Assembly (NCBI GenBank): GCA_040755995.1
Contig: JBFMAF010000006.1
Coordinates: 1-58,111 of the forward strand
Reading direction: 5' to 3'
DNA length: 58,111 nucleotides
Origin: Acidobacteriota bacterium
GTDB taxonomy: Bacteria > Acidobacteriota > CAIWXX01
The translations under genes were made by a program, and so were the position numbers. How positions within the stretch are numbered: the stretch's first letter is position 1; every line of letters begins with the position of its first letter. This document shows positions 38,631-47,353 of this stretch, in pieces. Under the pieces are notes generated by a model. That model did not search any database. It was given only the letters and a program-made list of their open reading frames with translations, and was not told where the DNA came from.

Positions 38631-39518
38631 ATGAGCGGCGGCGAACGGGGCATCGTCTTCAACATACAGCGCTTTTCGATCCACGACGGCCCAGGCATCA
38701 GGACTACTGTCTTCCTCAAGGGGTGCCCTCTGCGATGTTCATGGTGCCACAATCCGGAGGGCTTCGTGATCGAGCCCGAGGTGGTCGTGGTGGAGACCCG
38801 GTGCATCTCATGCGGAACGTGCCGGAAGGCGTGCGCGCACGCAGCGCAGGTCGCGGAGTGTGACCAGTGCGGCCGCGGTGCCGGCCTTTGCCCGACAGGG
38901 GCACGCCAGGTGGCCGGTGCGTCGTACGGCATCGACGAGCTGCTCGGCGAGATCCTGAAGGATCGCATGTTCTACGACGAATCCGGCGGCGGCGTGACAT
39001 TCTCCGGAGGGGAGCCGCTGATGCAGGGCTCGTTCCTCCGCGCCGTGCTCGCGGCTTGCCGCGCATCCGGCGTCTCGACGGCGGTCGACACGTGCGGGTT
39101 CTGCCCGACTGAGGAGCTGCTAGCGGCGTCCAAGCTGACCAACATCTTCCTTTTCGACATAAAAGTGCTCGATGCCGTGCGCCACGAACGGTACACCGGA
39201 GTCGCAAACGGTCTCATCCTGCGCAATCTGCGCGAGCTGGCCGAGGTCCATTCCAACATCTGGCTTCGCGTGCCTGTCTTGCCGGGAATCAACGACGACC
39301 CGGAGACAGTCGCCTCGATCGCGAGGTTGGCGGCATCCATTCCGGCGGTACGGCAGGTCAGTCTCCTGCCGTATCACGAGCTCGGCTCGTTGGCGAAATC
39401 CAGACGGTTCGGTCGAGAAATGCCGTCCGTAGATCTGGTGACGCCTGCTCCCGATCGCCTGCGAGAGATCGCCGAGCGCTTCTGCGGTGAAGGTGTTGTT
39501 GCGAGAATCGGAGGATAG
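38631..39518 (+). CDS. Glycyl-radical enzyme activating enzyme
   Basis: IQRFSIHDGPGIRTTVFLKGCPLRCSWCHNPE, ferredoxin-like insert, GGVTFSGGEP, LLPYH. Confidence 0.93.
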   Translation: MSGGERGIVFNIQRFSIHDGPGIRTTVFLKGCPLRCSWCHNPEGFVIEPEVVVVETRCISCGTCRKACAHAAQVAECDQCGRGAGLCPTGARQVAGASYGIDELLGEILKDRMFYDESGGGVTFSGGEPLMQGSFLRAVLAACRASGVSTAVDTCGFCPTEELLAASKLTNIFLFDIKVLDAVRHERYTGVANGLILRNLRELAEVHSNIWLRVPVLPGINDDPETVASIARLAASIPAVRQVSLLPYHELGSLAKSRRFGREMPSVDLVTPAPDRLREIAERFCGEGVVARIGG

Positions 39519-39523
39519 TGGCC

Positions 39524-41878
39524 ATGACAGAGAGAACATCGAAACTACGTCGCGAGAGTCTCGAGGCAGAGCCCGGCATCTCGCCCGAGCGTGCGGAGCT
39601 TGTTACCGAGTTCTATCAGGCCAACGAGGGTAGATACTCGGTGCCGGTGATGCGGGCGCTGTGCTTCAAGTACCTCTGCGAGCGTAAGACGACCTACATT
39701 GGCGAAGGCGAGCTGATCGTGGGGGAACGCGGTCCGAGGCCGAAGGCCGTGCCGACGTTTCCGGAGCTGACCTGCCATTCACTGGAAGACCTGCGGATTC
39801 TCGATTCACGACCCAAGACGAGCTACCACGTCGACTCCGCCTGCATCGATACCTACGAGAAGATGGTGATCCCGTACTGGCGCGGGCGTTCGCTGCGCGA
39901 CAAGATCTTCGCCGAGCTGCCGGAGGAATGGCATGATGCATATGCGGCCGGCATCTTCACGGAGTTCATGGAACAGCGGGCGCCGGGCCACACGGTGCTC
40001 GACGACAAGATCTACTCGAAGGGCATGCTGGATTTCCAAACGGACATTGCGGCATCCATCTCCGCGCTCGATTTCGCGAGAGACCCGGAGGCTTATGACA
40101 AGCGCGAGGCGCTGAAGGCGATGAGCATCGCCTGCGACGCATTGATGCTCTTCGCCGGCCGCCACGCGGACCTGGCGGACCTGCATGCGGAGAAGGACCC
40201 GGGGCGCGCGGGCGAGTTGGGGAAGATCGCAGATGTGTGCCGGCACGTGCCGGCGCATGCTCCGCGGGACTTCCGCGAGGCGCTGCAGTACTACTGGTTC
40301 TGCCACCTTGGGGTCATTACTGAGCTCAACGGATGGGACGCCTTCAACCCGGGCCATCTGGATCAGCATCTGCTCCCGTTCTACCGGAAGGGACTCGCAG
40401 ACGGCTCCCTGACTCGCGACTCGGCCCGGGAGCTGCTCGAGGCCTTCTTCGTCAAGTTCAACAACCACACGGCCCCGCCGAAGGTCGGCGTGACGGCGGC
40501 CGAGAGCGGCACGTACACCGACTTCGCCAACATCAATATCGGAGGGCTGCTGCGCGACGGATCGGACGGATCCAACGAGATCTCGCACGTGCTGCTCGAC
40601 ATCGTGGACGAGATGCACCTCTTGCAGCCGAGCTCCAACCTGCAGGTTTCGCGCAAGACCCCCGACGCTCTCTTGAAACACGCGCTCCGCGTCGTCCGCA
40701 AAGGTTTTGGGTTCCCGTCGCTGTTCAATGCGGACGCGGTGGTCGAGGAGCAGCTGCGGCAGGGCAAGACGATCGAGGATGCGCGCGCCGGGGGATGCAG
40801 CGGCTGTGTCGAGGTCGGCGCTTTTGGAAAAGAGGCCTACATCCTGACCGGCTACTTCAACCTGGCGAAAGTTCTCGATATCACACTTCACAACGGTCTC
40901 GATCCGCGAACGAAGAAGCGAATCGGCCCAGAGTCGGGGGACGCGACTCTGTTTACGAGCTTCGACCATCTGTTCGAGGCCTACCGCACGCAGCTACGGC
41001 ACTTCGTCGACATCAAGGTCCGAGGAAACCAGCTCATCGAACGGATCTACGCTGCGTGCATGCCCGCCCCCTTTCTGTCGGTGTTGATCGACGATTGCAT
41101 CAAGAAGGGGCGCGACTACAACGCCGGCGGCGCTCGATACAACAACACCTTCATCCAGGCCGTGGGGATCGGGACGATCACCGACAGCCTCTCAGCAATC
41201 AAGGATCTCGTCTATGACCGCGGAGATATGCGCCTCGATGCGCTGCTCGAAGTGCTCGACTCTGATTTCGCCGCGAACGAACCGCTCCGGCAGCGGCTCG
41301 TAAACAGGACCCACAAGTACGGAAACGACGACGACTACGCGGACGACTTGATGAAGCGCGTGTTCAAGGAACTGTTCGAGCTCATCGACGGTCGCCCGAA
41401 CACCAAGGGCGGCCACTGCCGCCTCGAGATGCTTCCGACGACGTGCCACGTGTATTTCGGCGCGGTCACTGGGGCCACGGCCGACGGCCGCCGGGCCGGC
41501 GTGCCCGTATCGGAGGGTATCTCGCCGGTACAGGGCGCAGATCGTCGCGGCCCGACCGCGGTGTTCAAGTCCGCGGCGAAGATGGATCACGTGAAAACGG
41601 GCGGCACGCTGCTCAACATGAAATTCACCCCTTCGCTGCTCGAAGGCGAGACCGGTGTCGACAGTCTCGCACACCTGGTCCGAACCTACTTCAAGATGGA
41701 CGGCCATCACGTGCAGTTCAACGTCGTGACGGCCGAGACGCTGCGCCAGGCGCAGGCCAACCCCGAGCAGCACCGGGACCTGATCGTGCGGGTCGCCGGC
41801 TACAGCGACTACTTCTGCGACCTTTCGGCCGAGCTACAAAACGAGATCATCGCGCGCACCGAGCACGACGCGATCTGA
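39524..41878 (+). CDS. hypD: Glycyl radical enzyme, trans-4-hydroxy-L-proline dehydratase
   Basis: FTEFMEQRAPGHTV, NGWDAFNPG, PPKVGVT..ESGTYTDF, SGCVE, AYILTGYFN, MLPTTCHVYFG, RVAGYS. Confidence 0.88.
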   Translation: MTERTSKLRRESLEAEPGISPERAELVTEFYQANEGRYSVPVMRALCFKYLCERKTTYIGEGELIVGERGPRPKAVPTFPELTCHSLEDLRILDSRPKTSYHVDSACIDTYEKMVIPYWRGRSLRDKIFAELPEEWHDAYAAGIFTEFMEQRAPGHTVLDDKIYSKGMLDFQTDIAASISALDFARDPEAYDKREALKAMSIACDALMLFAGRHADLADLHAEKDPGRAGELGKIADVCRHVPAHAPRDFREALQYYWFCHLGVITELNGWDAFNPGHLDQHLLPFYRKGLADGSLTRDSARELLEAFFVKFNNHTAPPKVGVTAAESGTYTDFANINIGGLLRDGSDGSNEISHVLLDIVDEMHLLQPSSNLQVSRKTPDALLKHALRVVRKGFGFPSLFNADAVVEEQLRQGKTIEDARAGGCSGCVEVGAFGKEAYILTGYFNLAKVLDITLHNGLDPRTKKRIGPESGDATLFTSFDHLFEAYRTQLRHFVDIKVRGNQLIERIYAACMPAPFLSVLIDDCIKKGRDYNAGGARYNNTFIQAVGIGTITDSLSAIKDLVYDRGDMRLDALLEVLDSDFAANEPLRQRLVNRTHKYGNDDDYADDLMKRVFKELFELIDGRPNTKGGHCRLEMLPTTCHVYFGAVTGATADGRRAGVPVSEGISPVQGADRRGPTAVFKSAAKMDHVKTGGTLLNMKFTPSLLEGETGVDSLAHLVRTYFKMDGHHVQFNVVTAETLRQAQANPEQHRDLIVRVAGYSDYFCDLSAELQNEIIARTEHDAI

Positions 41879-41953
41879 GCCGGCGGCAAGGTCCTGCCCT
41901 CGGACTACGAAACGAGCCCGATGGTCACTCCGACAGCTCGGGCAGCCATGGCG

Positions 41954-42598
41954 TCACCGCGCACCCTGTTCGCACTTACGCACCTCAGGGTACGATGCAT
42001 CGTAGCGCTTCCGAGACGTACATGTGCCAGAGAATGTGTATGAGAAGACTCCGCCGCCCGCTGTTCCTGCGTAGATGGTCGGTGGCTCAGAATGGGCTAG
42101 GGCGAGAGCATAGACATACGCATTGCTCAAACCTGAGTTCATCGCCTCCCAGCTCTCGCCTCCGTTCTTACTCCGGAAAACGCCTCCCCCGAGCGTACCA
42201 GAGAAGACGGTGGTTGGACTTGACGGGTCGATGGCCAGAGCGTGGACACAGGCGTTGCCCAATCCCTTCACCACCGCCTTCCAAGTTGCCCCACCATCTG
42301 GACTCTTGAAGACTCCTTTCTGTTCAGTCCCTGCATAGATGGTCATTGGGTTCGACGGGTCTATCGCGAGAGTGTAGATACGCTCGTTGGCCAACCCGCT
42401 CTCATTCCAGGTCTCGCCGCCGTTTATGCTCTTGAAGACGCCGAAGGACGTTCCAGTGTAGAGCGTGCTTGGATTCGATGGGTCCAATGCAATGGCATAG
42501 ACGAAGTTGTTGTTCAGGCCCACGCTTATCTCCTTCCAACTTCCGCCACCATTGGTGCTCCTCAACACTCCGTTGTCGAGATTCCCTGCGTAGATATA
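41954..42598 (-). pseudogene. C-terminal fragment of a BNR-repeat protein
   Basis: Four Asp-box blades, each with LAIDPS.P.T.YAGT; begins mid-repeat at IYAGNLDNG with no signal peptide or RBS. Confidence 0.7.
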
Positions 42599-42729
42599 CC
42601 GGCGGCAAAACCGGGTGCGTTCACCCTGTGCCTCGCGCGCCGCAGGGCGCCCTCTGCCTTCGAGCTTATTCTCTCCGGGGTGTAGTATGCGACTACGATG
42701 CTCGAGTCGAAGTAGTCTGGGACCGTCAT
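42562..42729 (-). pseudogene. Truncated VapC/PIN toxin (N-terminus only, 55 aa)
   Basis: Hand translation MTVPDYFDSSIVVAYYTPERISSKAEGALRRA..; ATGA overlap with the antitoxin; runs out of frame into BNR DNA. Confidence 0.65.
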
Positions 42730-42965
42730 CGCTCGTCTCGGCGCATCGCAGCCACAGTGCCTTCAGTGATCCGCGCGCCCCGATCGATCATTCCCTGGCG
42801 TAACCCATGGAGACTGGGGAGAGCCAGCCGGCGAGTCCTTGCCGGAGGGACGAGTCTCGCTACAGCACGCCCCCGGCGAGTCAACACAACTTCGCAACCA
42901 GTCCGTACCTCTTCGACGAGGCTACCCAGTTCAGCTCCGGCACTCCTCAAATTGACCTGCCGCAT
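42726..42965 (-). CDS. Phd/YefM family antitoxin
   Basis: MRQVNLRSAGAELGSLVEEVRTGCEVVLTRRGRAVARLVP. Confidence 0.85.
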   Translation of the reverse strand: MRQVNLRSAGAELGSLVEEVRTGCEVVLTRRGRAVARLVPPARTRRLALPSLHGLRQGMIDRGARITEGTVAAMRRDER

Positions 42966-43176
42966 GGCACCCCGTCCGATGTCTACACATGAAAATCTAC
43001 ACCCGGGCGGGCTCTGGGCCAACCGCACCGAGTGGCACCACGGCATCCTTCTTTGCCCAATGAGCTCCGACCTCGATAATGGCGTGCAATGCTGCGGCGC
43101 ACACAACGTGGCGCTCGCATGCGCAGAACTTCCCATCCCCTGTTTCTGGGGTCCCAGGGTCTCATCGTCTTTTCGT

Positions 43177-43205
43177 TTGACCTGCGCGACTCAGCTAGCT
43201 ATAGT
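43177..43205 (+). promoter_or_regulatory. Sigma70-like promoter, leaderless configuration
   Basis: TTGACC-17 nt-TATAGT, 8 nt before ATG 43214, no SD. Confidence 0.65.
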
Positions 43206-43213
43206 CTGCCCTC

Positions 43214-44827
43214 ATGAGTACCGATACCATCAGCCCCAGCGCCGCAGCGACGGACTTCGACACCGATGTCATCGTGATCGGGTCGGGATTCGGCGGCGCA
43301 GTGGCGGCGTTGCGTCTCAGCGAGAAGGGCTACAGGGTGTGGGTGCTTGAGAAAGGTAAGCGCTGGAACCTGGAGGACTTTCCGACCACCAACTGGAACA
43401 TTCCCAGGTCGTTCTGGCTGCCGTGGATAGGCTGCTACGGATTCTGGGGTCTCCATCTCCTGCGCGACGTGCTCGTGCTCCATGGAATCGGAGTGGGCGG
43501 CGGGAGTCTTCTGTATGCGAACACGCACCTGGCACCGGACGACTCGGTCTGGGACGATCCGCAGTGGAAGGGCCTGGTAGATTGGCGTTCGGTGATGCCC
43601 GAGCACTACGCCACAGCGCGGCGGATGTTGGGCTCGGTCCCCAGCCCGAAACAGGGGGTCGGCGACGACGCGCTGCGGCGCGTGGCCGATCGGCGCGGAT
43701 TCGGCAAGTCGTACCACCCGACCGATGTGGGTGTCTTCTTCGGCGAACCCGACGTCGAGGTGGATGATCCGTATTTTGGCGGGCAGGGCCCGCGACGCAA
43801 GGGGTGCACTGACTGCGGCGCGTGCATGATCGGGTGCCGGGTGGGTGCGAAGAATACCCTCGATAGGAACTATCTCTACCTCGCGGAGAAGAAGGGTGCT
43901 CGCGTCATCCCAGAAACGCGAGCAACGTTGATCGAAGCGCTGCCAGCGGGAGGGTACAGGGTCCTCTGGAGGAAGTCTACCGACGGGCTCTTCCCGCAGA
44001 AAGGGGCATACACGGCGAAGAAGGTCATCGTCTCCGGCGGTGTCCTTGGCACGGTGCCTTTGCTGATGGACTGCCAGCGTCACGGAAGCCTCCCTCGCCT
44101 CTCCCCACGGCTTGGTGCATACACGAGGACCAACTCGGAGGCGCTCCTCGGCATCACCTCGCGCTCGAACAAGGACTTGTGGAAGGGCATCGCGATCCAG
44201 GCCGAGGTGCACGTTGACGACAGGACGCGGATGGAGATGGTTCGCTTTCCGCGCGGGTCCGACGTGCTACTGCTGCTGGGAACGATGTTGACCGATGGCG
44301 GCCCCGGCCTGCCGCGCCAGTTGAAGTGGATGGGCAACACACTGCGCCATCCGCTCGACGCTATCCGCGCCCACAAGCCGTGGGGCAAGGCCGAGCGCTC
44401 CGAAGTGCTGCTCGTCATGCAGACCAACGACAACTACACCACCCTCGTGAAGAAGCGCCAGTTCTTCTGGCCTTTCCGCCGGACCCTGACGTCCCGGCCG
44501 ACGCCGGGCCAGCCGCACATCCCCTCGTACATCCCGATCGCCAACGATGTGGCTCGTGAGCTCGGAGTGGAGCTCGACGCTGTGCCGCAGAGCACGCTCA
44601 ACGAGGTGCTTCTCGACGAATCGACAACGGCTCACATCCTGGGTGGCTGTTCCATAGCGGTCTCACCGGACCAGGGGGTCATCGACTCGCGCTTCGAGGT
44701 CTTCGGCTGCCCGGGACTCTACGTGATGGATGGCTCGGTGATTGGCGCGAACCTCGGCGCCAACCCCGCCCTCACGATCACGGCGCTCGCCGAGTTCGCC
44801 TGCAGCCGAATACCGCTTGCGGGCTAG
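43214..44827 (+). CDS. GMC oxidoreductase, cholesterol oxidase (ChoD)-like
   Basis: VIGSGFGG FAD motif, GVGGGSLLYAN, CTDCGACMIGC..AKNTL, TAHILGGC, GANPALTITALAE. Confidence 0.9.
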   Translation: MSTDTISPSAAATDFDTDVIVIGSGFGGAVAALRLSEKGYRVWVLEKGKRWNLEDFPTTNWNIPRSFWLPWIGCYGFWGLHLLRDVLVLHGIGVGGGSLLYANTHLAPDDSVWDDPQWKGLVDWRSVMPEHYATARRMLGSVPSPKQGVGDDALRRVADRRGFGKSYHPTDVGVFFGEPDVEVDDPYFGGQGPRRKGCTDCGACMIGCRVGAKNTLDRNYLYLAEKKGARVIPETRATLIEALPAGGYRVLWRKSTDGLFPQKGAYTAKKVIVSGGVLGTVPLLMDCQRHGSLPRLSPRLGAYTRTNSEALLGITSRSNKDLWKGIAIQAEVHVDDRTRMEMVRFPRGSDVLLLLGTMLTDGGPGLPRQLKWMGNTLRHPLDAIRAHKPWGKAERSEVLLVMQTNDNYTTLVKKRQFFWPFRRTLTSRPTPGQPHIPSYIPIANDVARELGVELDAVPQSTLNEVLLDESTTAHILGGCSIAVSPDQGVIDSRFEVFGCPGLYVMDGSVIGANLGANPALTITALAEFACSRIPLAG

Positions 44828-44973
44828 TAGAAGGCCTGAACAGATACGCTGACCCGCCGGTGATGCCTCATCTGCTGCGTTGCCTCAGGCACTGCTATGC
44901 CCCCCCGCCGGGGCAGTATCGCGGGAAGCGGGCGGCACGCGAGACCGTGGGTCCGACTCAGCGAGTCGCCAGG

Positions 44974-46689
44974 TTATGCGGTGAGGACGGGCGGTTCCGA
45001 GGGAACTGGGCCGGGGGTGTCGTCATGCAGGCCATTCGTCTCGTCTGTAGCGTTCCCTGCACACGCGGGCTGCGGCGCAGCGGGTCCAGTCCGGCCTGAG
45101 GCCATCGCCGGCACGCGCGCGCGATCGCGCGCGCGTGGAGCCGCGTCGTCGAGCTGGATTCGCCGGGTGAGGCGTCTGCTGCGGCAGAAGACCTCCCAGA
45201 ACGACTTGCGGTTCTCCCAGAAGAGACGGAGCCATGCCTTCAGGTTCATCTGCGGGAAGAAGACCCCGCGGAAGCACATGTTCGCCACGAAGATGATCAA
45301 TCGCTCGAAGAGAGGCCGGTCGCGCATGCCGCGCATTCGGTCATAGATGGCCTCTGGGGCATACGCCATGCTCCAGGCCGAACGCACCTCATCCCTCAGC
45401 TCCACTTCCGACATCTGCTTCGGACGAAAGGCGGCCGTGTAAGGCCGGTAGTCCCTCCAGTGTTTCTCCACCAGCCGGCCCTCTTGGCGGAGCTTCGCGA
45501 ATTGTGGGGTGCCCGGAAGAGGGGTCAACTGGGAGAACACCGGGATCGTAGATGGCGGGTACTGCCGTACGAATTCCCATGTATTCTTGGCCACGCCGAC
45601 CCGATCGGAGTCCATGCCGTAGATGAAGCCGGTCACCGCGTAGATCCCCGAGCGATGGAGGTAGCTCAGGGTCCGCGCGTAGGTTGCGGGCTTGTTGAAG
45701 GACTTCGAGACGTCCTTGAGTGAAGCCGGCAGCACGGACTCGAGACCCACGTAGACGCCGATGCACTTGGCTCCGCGCATGAGGTCGACCAGCTCGCGGC
45801 CGTCGGGGGTTTCCGGATCCAGGAGGTTTGAGGAAATCTGCGCGGCCCAGGGCACGGTCGCCTTTGCGTCGATCATGGCCTGCATCAACCTGCGCGAGTG
45901 GTCTTTGAGGTTCGTGTCGATATGCCCGAACTTGTCGTAGATCGCGAAATTGTCGTCGACGAAGAATATGAACCGGCGCCTGAGCTCCTTCAGAAGCAGG
46001 ATCTCCTGCACAACGCTGTCGATGCTCCGGACGCGCACCTTCTCCCCGAAGAAGTTGGTGACAGTGCAGAACTCGCAGCCATATGGGCACCCGCGCCCCG
46101 TCTCCACCGGCGTCAGGTTGAAATCGAACTCCGGGTAGCCACTTGCCCTCACCAGACGCTTCATCACGTCGGGTATTATCGAAAACTGATTCAGGTTGGC
46201 CTCTTCCCACGGGATTCGCGGATAGTTTCTGAGGTCAGGCTTCGACGCGGCGCGATAGCGTGGCGCGAGCCGCCCGGCCTGGGCATCACCCAGAACCTTT
46301 GGCCAGATCTCATCCGCCTCACCAGCTATCACCGAGTCGCAGTGCTCCAGCGCCTCCTTGGTGATCTCATCCGGATCTGGCCCGAGGAAGCCCCCGTCGC
46401 TGCTGACATGTGGGCCCCCCATGATCACGGGTATCCCCAGCTTGCGGATCTCGTCTGCGGCATCGTAGGCGGTCTGGATCGTGCGAGTCATGCCGCCGAT
46501 GCCGACAAGGTCGATCCGGCGGCTTCTCATGACGGAGGCGAGCTCCTGGGGCGCAAGCCTCTCCGCGTTGCCGTCCATAATCGTAACTCTATGGTCTCCT
46601 GGTGTCAGCGCCTTCAAAAGCCACGGCCAGAGGACTGGCATGTAGTTCTTGGTAATGCGGTTGTCGGGGACGTAAAGGACTATGTTCAT
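44974..46689 (-). CDS. B12-binding radical SAM protein
   Basis: MGGPHVS, IAGEAD, ETGRGCPYGCEFC, FFVDDNF, VGLES, TPLPGT. Confidence 0.88.
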   Translation of the reverse strand: MNIVLYVPDNRITKNYMPVLWPWLLKALTPGDHRVTIMDGNAERLAPQELASVMRSRRIDLVGIGGMTRTIQTAYDAADEIRKLGIPVIMGGPHVSSDGGFLGPDPDEITKEALEHCDSVIAGEADEIWPKVLGDAQAGRLAPRYRAASKPDLRNYPRIPWEEANLNQFSIIPDVMKRLVRASGYPEFDFNLTPVETGRGCPYGCEFCTVTNFFGEKVRVRSIDSVVQEILLLKELRRRFIFFVDDNFAIYDKFGHIDTNLKDHSRRLMQAMIDAKATVPWAAQISSNLLDPETPDGRELVDLMRGAKCIGVYVGLESVLPASLKDVSKSFNKPATYARTLSYLHRSGIYAVTGFIYGMDSDRVGVAKNTWEFVRQYPPSTIPVFSQLTPLPGTPQFAKLRQEGRLVEKHWRDYRPYTAAFRPKQMSEVELRDEVRSAWSMAYAPEAIYDRMRGMRDRPLFERLIIFVANMCFRGVFFPQMNLKAWLRLFWENRKSFWEVFCRSRRLTRRIQLDDAAPRARDRARVPAMASGRTGPAAPQPACAGNATDETNGLHDDTPGPVPSEPPVLTA

Positions 46690-46960
46690 CGCCAGATCCT
46701 TCGTTGCTGAGATACGAGCCTGACCAGGGCCCCTGATCAGTAGGTCCGTTCCCTGGGAAAACCGCGAGAGCCCGCAATCCAGCGCTGACGGCAACAGGAC
46801 CGAGAGTCTGTTGAGGCGACGTAAGAAGCGGACTGGTGCCCAAACGGGAGGTTTCCACGCGCAAGCTGCCCTACTAGCACCGTGGAAGCAGTCTATTCGT
46901 TCAGATAGCGGCCGTCAAGTGCCTGTGGCAAGCAGGCAAGCAAGAAACCCAAGCGGCCGG

Positions 46961-47263
46961 CTACGGCTGCTGCTGCGGGGAGCCGCCGAAGCCAATGCGC
47001 TTCTGAATGATGTCGGGCAGCGCCGCCAGGATACGCGAGTGCTCCGCAAGCGTGGCGATGACCTGGTCCATCTTCCGCTCGAGTTCGAGCCAATGAAGGT
47101 CGTTCTCCGCTTGCCTCTTGTCGATCTCCGCCTGACGCTGGACCAGCCATTGGTGTTGTTCCACCTGGCGCTGGACCAGCCACTGGTGCTGCGCCATGAG
47201 AGCGGTCTGATGCTGCATCAGCTCCACCTGCAACGCCGCGATCTTGGACCATATTTCGCTCAT
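46961..47263 (-). CDS. Small coiled-coil hypothetical protein with 11-aa duplication
   Basis: QHQWLVQRQ twice (33-bp period); ends LPDIIQKRIGFG. Confidence 0.55.
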   Translation of the reverse strand: MSEIWSKIAALQVELMQHQTALMAQHQWLVQRQVEQHQWLVQRQAEIDKRQAENDLHWLELERKMDQVIATLAEHSRILAALPDIIQKRIGFGGSPQQQP

Positions 47264-47353
47264 GGACCCGTTCTTCTTTGCCGGCATGTTCGTGCTCCCA
47301 GGACAGATTATCGCTCATGCCCTCGATTTGCGTCAAATGGTGCCGCTTCACCT

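Noticed and set aside
39524..41878. Pyruvate formate-lyase or choline TMA-lyase
   Set aside because: Single-Cys GCVE loop and HypD-specific motifs; no PFL CC motif and no microcompartment genes
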